In this document: positions 61,275-64,000 of the stretch, one piece after another
How positions within the stretch are numbered: the stretch's first letter is position 1
Layout: each line of letters begins with the position of its first letter
IMG/VR virus record: IMGVR_UViG_3300031998_000029
Span: 15,666-79,665 of that record
Length of the DNA: 64,000 nucleotides
Source: a virus
Lineage: Duplodnaviria > Heunggongvirae > Uroviricota > Caudoviricetes
Strand: one strand, 5' to 3'
Made by a program: the position numbers and the translations under genes
The notes under the pieces: model-generated
What the model was told of the DNA's origin: nothing
What the model saw: only the letters and a program-made list of their open reading frames with translations
The model's database searches: none

Positions 61275-64000
61275 TTATATCTGGAAAAATAATTGGCCTG
61301 TAACCGGGTTGGATGGCAGGTCGCTACTGCTTCCAAAATTTTCACCATAAGTCAAAGTAATGCTGTTCATCAAATTTATATCAGATATATATATTAAACC
61401 TGCTGCACTTATCGACATATTACCGGACGATTCAATTTTCAACGCGACACCATTTAAAGTAGTAAGAAAGACTCTCTCAGCCGCTTCAGACGTAGTTCCG
61501 CTGCCCTGATTATCATAGCTTAAATATCCGATCCTGTCGCCAAGAATGACGTTTCCTGTGTTATTATCTAAAGTACATCCGTTATAAATATAATAAGCCG
61601 CGCCGTCATCGGCTCCCTGCCCCGTAGCATAATATTTACCTCCGTAAATCTGCGGAGAGAGTATTTTGGCTGCATCAATATGTGAGCTTTTAATATACCC
61701 TGGTACCTGGACTGAATTCGCCGCAGTAATTGCTTGATTCGCTGCGGATAACGCCTGACCCGCCGAAGTCAGCGCACTATTTGCCGTATTTTGAGCATTT
61801 GCCGCAGCCGTGCCTATAGCGCTTACAGACTCCTGAAGTTCAGAAACAATTCCGTCGGTATCTATGTCGCTCCAGCTAATACTCGACCCGGGGCCGAGCG
61901 TAATGTTGCCGCGCATGGTTATATTTCCATCTCCGTCAATAACCAGAGTATTTTGACCTGTATCATCGTTATGAATCACAAGCCCTTTAAGATCAAGATA
62001 ACCCGGAAGGAATTGCCCGCTACTATTGGTCATCGCCCTTCCGCTGCCGTCAATAAAAGTGGCGCCTTTGACCGTCCCGGAAAACGTACCGCTACTTGCG
62101 TATAATTGACCGGAACTGCTAACTTCGAACGGGTGCCTTCCATCTACTTCTTCCCCGATTGCTATAGAACCACCGGTAATGCTTCCGGAGAACGAACCGG
62201 TAGCGCCCGAAAGCTCTCCCGAAAATGTTCCGGTAGCCGCCGACAGTGTTCCCGAAAACGTACCATCGCAGCCCTGAAGCGTGCCCTTTATATAAACATT
62301 GCCGTTTGTATCTACCCAAAACTTGGCATGTCCGTCCGTATTCCAGACTTCGTTTCCGTTATTGTCCAAAGTCACGATGGATCCGGCGCTGTCTACACTG
62401 CCTATTCCGAAGCCCAGGTTCGGATCGAGGATGATTTGACGAGCAGAGCTTGAAAGCGTAAACTTTGCGTTATATAACGAAGCCCCGCTGCCGTCGACCC
62501 TAAAGGACATGTTACTTCCGTCCGGCTTGGTGCTTTCGATTATTAAATTCTGTCCGGCGACCATCGTGCCGACAATATATGGGGCTGCTATTCCGTAAGC
62601 AAATCCCGTCGGATTACCGGCAAACTGCAGGTTGGGATCAAATATTTTACCAATCGCCATCTTTGCTGTCGCCCAGTTATCTTCCGTAAAAGCCACCATA
62701 CTGTTAACAAGCCAGATCTCTTCTGGTTCATAAGCGGTATGAGTGCTGTCAGTCCATTTCCTGATTCTTATACCGGTGTCATCAAAAGAACTCGCCTGTT
62801 CGCCGGATGACATGATGCTGTTTTTCGCGACGTCTACCGCCGAGTCGATGAACTCTTTTATCTTTGACGAAGCGCCGCTGTCAACAAACGATGAGTAAAC
62901 TCCGTTCTTATAGTTTAGTGTTTTGCCAAAAGAAACGCTCTTATCTAAAAGCTTTGTGAGCTTGAATGAACGGTCGAACGAGGTATACGCGCTGCTGAAT
63001 TCAATAGAAAAAGAAGACGGGTCTTCATAGTTGATATGAACGCCGATAACATACGGCTGAAGAATCTCGTCGTTTATATTAAGATATATCTTTTTGCCAA
63101 GAGATAACTGCTGGTTGAATATGGCGAACTCTTCGAGGCTTAAAAAGTTTGCGCTCTTAACGGTGAAATTATATGTCGGGCTCGCGTGTTCATATAAAAC
63201 CCCCTGCCCATATTCATACAACTCCCACTCAATTTGATGCTGTTCGTAATTCGTAACTTCCTGAGTAAAGAACAGTCTTCCATCTTCTACGGTGAATACC
63301 GCGCCGATTTCACTGTGGGATGAGATTGAGCGCACCCCCGTAAGGGTCAGATTGCCGGAAGGAAAATATGAATCGCCGACGTGTCCGTTTGTTAAATACG
63401 CGGTAAATACATAATCCCCGTCCGATTGTTCGGATAATACCGCGCTGACTATATATCCCGAGAATGTATCAAAACTTATGAATCCGCCAGAGAAAGAATA
63501 TGTATCGTATTCTCCGTCAACATACGAAACAAGAGAATCCGCAATCGTAATCTCTGCATTTTCCACAGCGGTATTCAGATCCGTACTGTCATACGTAGCA
63601 ACTGTCTGAGCAACGAACGTACTGTCCTGAACGGTATCTTCAATAAAATACCTGTTAAGTATTGCCATTTCTTCGGCTGTAAAGAAATTTTCAAAAGCCA
63701 CCTGAGCGTTAATGTTTCTAAGATCATTAAGCAACCCCGCTGCCTGAGCCTTTAGCTCCTCTACCATCGCAGACCTTGAATCGATTTCAAAATGCATGGC
63801 AGATATCTGACTATTAATGTCGTCGAGATTTTCCTGTGTGTTTATACCCTGCGAGATGCCCTGTATGATAACGGCCTGCACATTTTCAAGGGAAGACAGC
63901 TCTGCTTCCGAGTCGGAAATTCCGGCCTGTTCCGTAAGTATCTGAAGAACCTTTACATTGTACGCGACCGTCGTATTGTAATAGTTGCTCTGAGCAGACT
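61275..64000 (-). CDS. large tail fibre-like structural protein (N-terminus outside window)
   Basis: Reading frame stays open from 63881 to the window end (...SAQSNYYNTTVAYNVKVLQILTEQAGISDSEAELSSLENVQAVIIQG...); Gly/Ser/Thr repeats GTFSGTLSAATGTFSGELSGATGSFSGS. Confidence 0.6.
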   Translation of the reverse strand, partial: SAQSNYYNTTVAYNVKVLQILTEQAGISDSEAELSSLENVQAVIIQGISQGINTQENLDDINSQISAMHFEIDSRSAMVEELKAQAAGLLNDLRNINAQVAFENFFTAEEMAILNRYFIEDTVQDSTFVAQTVATYDSTDLNTAVENAEITIADSLVSYVDGEYDTYSFSGGFISFDTFSGYIVSAVLSEQSDGDYVFTAYLTNGHVGDSYFPSGNLTLTGVRSISSHSEIGAVFTVEDGRLFFTQEVTNYEQHQIEWELYEYGQGVLYEHASPTYNFTVKSANFLSLEEFAIFNQQLSLGKKIYLNINDEILQPYVIGVHINYEDPSSFSIEFSSAYTSFDRSFKLTKLLDKSVSFGKTLNYKNGVYSSFVDSGASSKIKEFIDSAVDVAKNSIMSSGEQASSFDDTGIRIRKWTDSTHTAYEPEEIWLVNSMVAFTEDNWATAKMAIGKIFDPNLQFAGNPTGFAYGIAAPYIVGTMVAGQNLIIESTKPDGSNMSFRVDGSGASLYNAKFTLSSSARQIILDPNLGFGIGSVDSAGSIVTLDNNGNEVWNTDGHAKFWVDTNGNVYIKGTLQGCDGTFSGTLSAATGTFSGELSGATGSFSGSITGGSIAIGEEVDGRHPFEVSSSGQLYASSGTFSGTVKGATFIDGSGRAMTNSSGQFLPGYLDLKGLVIHNDDTGQNTLVIDGDGNITMRGNITLGPGSSISWSDIDTDGIVSELQESVSAIGTAAANAQNTANSALTSAGQALSAANQAITAANSVQVPGYIKSSHIDAAKILSPQIYGGKYYATGQGADDGAAYYIYNGCTLDNNTGNVILGDRIGYLSYDNQGSGTTSEAAERVFLTTLNGVALKIESSGNMSISAAGLIYISDINLMNSITLTYGENFGSSSDLPSNPVTGQLFFQI

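Larger units (their letters stand above)
1..64000. mobile_element. Temperate phage / prophage genome segment (extends beyond both window ends)
   Basis: Gene content and organisation: CI-like repressor, serine integrase, Erf/SSB/exonuclease, DnaB/primase/DnaE, NrdDG, dUTPase, holin/endolysin, tail spike genes; strand-polarised operons with few gaps. Confidence 0.75.

Noticed and set aside
1-64000. CRISPR array
   Set aside because: No series of regularly spaced short direct repeats; the only repeated elements are long (>40 nt), few (2-3 copies) and diverged.

Overview
This 64 kb window reads as a temperate phage or prophage genome segment from a low-to-moderate GC, Firmicutes-like host.

- **Early/anti-defense region (nt ~1600-24400, + strand).** A dense array of mostly small genes, many of them Cys-rich Zn-ribbon proteins. 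It carries three tRNAs (Pro, Thr, Thr), a putative RNA-repair cluster (Rnl5-like RNA ligase, DxD glycosyltransferase-like protein, Ros/MucR zinc finger, calcineurin-like phosphoesterase), a macro-domain protein and an IscS-like cysteine desulfurase.
- **Lysogeny switch.** A CI/LexA-like repressor (23642-24439, - strand) is followed by a divergent promoter/operator region.
- **Middle/replication region (24726-47637, + strand).** MazF-like toxin, degenerate integrase-like protein, tRNA-Gln, HD hydrolase, Erf single-strand annealing protein, SSB, Cas4-like exonuclease, DnaB-like helicase, DnaG-like primase, SPFH protein, NDT-like protein, 3D-domain protein, DnaE-type polymerase, ThyX-like enzyme, T4 gp1-like dNMP kinase, ClpP-like protease, PhoH, 5'-nucleotidase, NrdH-NrdD-NrdG, an FTR-like Cys protein, dUTPase and a large serine recombinase.
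- **Late region (47708 to window end, - strand).** Lysis cassette (XhlA-like protein, holins, endolysin) and distal tail genes: two paralogous beta-helix tail spikes (one with a C-terminal SGNH esterase), a fibre protein with four internal repeats, and a large fibre-like protein running off the window end.

The most unusual content is non-coding:

1. The window opens inside a reverse-transcriptase gene (YADD, EKT, LG and GYRNYY motifs; 5' end outside the window).
2. About 1 kb of ORF-poor, highly structured sequence follows it.
3. A roughly 250-400 nt structured element occurs in three diverged copies (after the RT stop, at ~1027, and at ~12291 between tRNA-Pro and tRNA-Thr). Its hairpins are maintained by compensatory changes, which points to an ornate ncRNA family or ORF-less intron derivatives.
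4. Three tRNA-like modules (1376-1436, 16398-16466, 32492-32606) have D-arm/T-arm/acceptor features but no anticodon arm.

No CRISPR array was seen. All functional calls are by eye and should be confirmed with profile searches.
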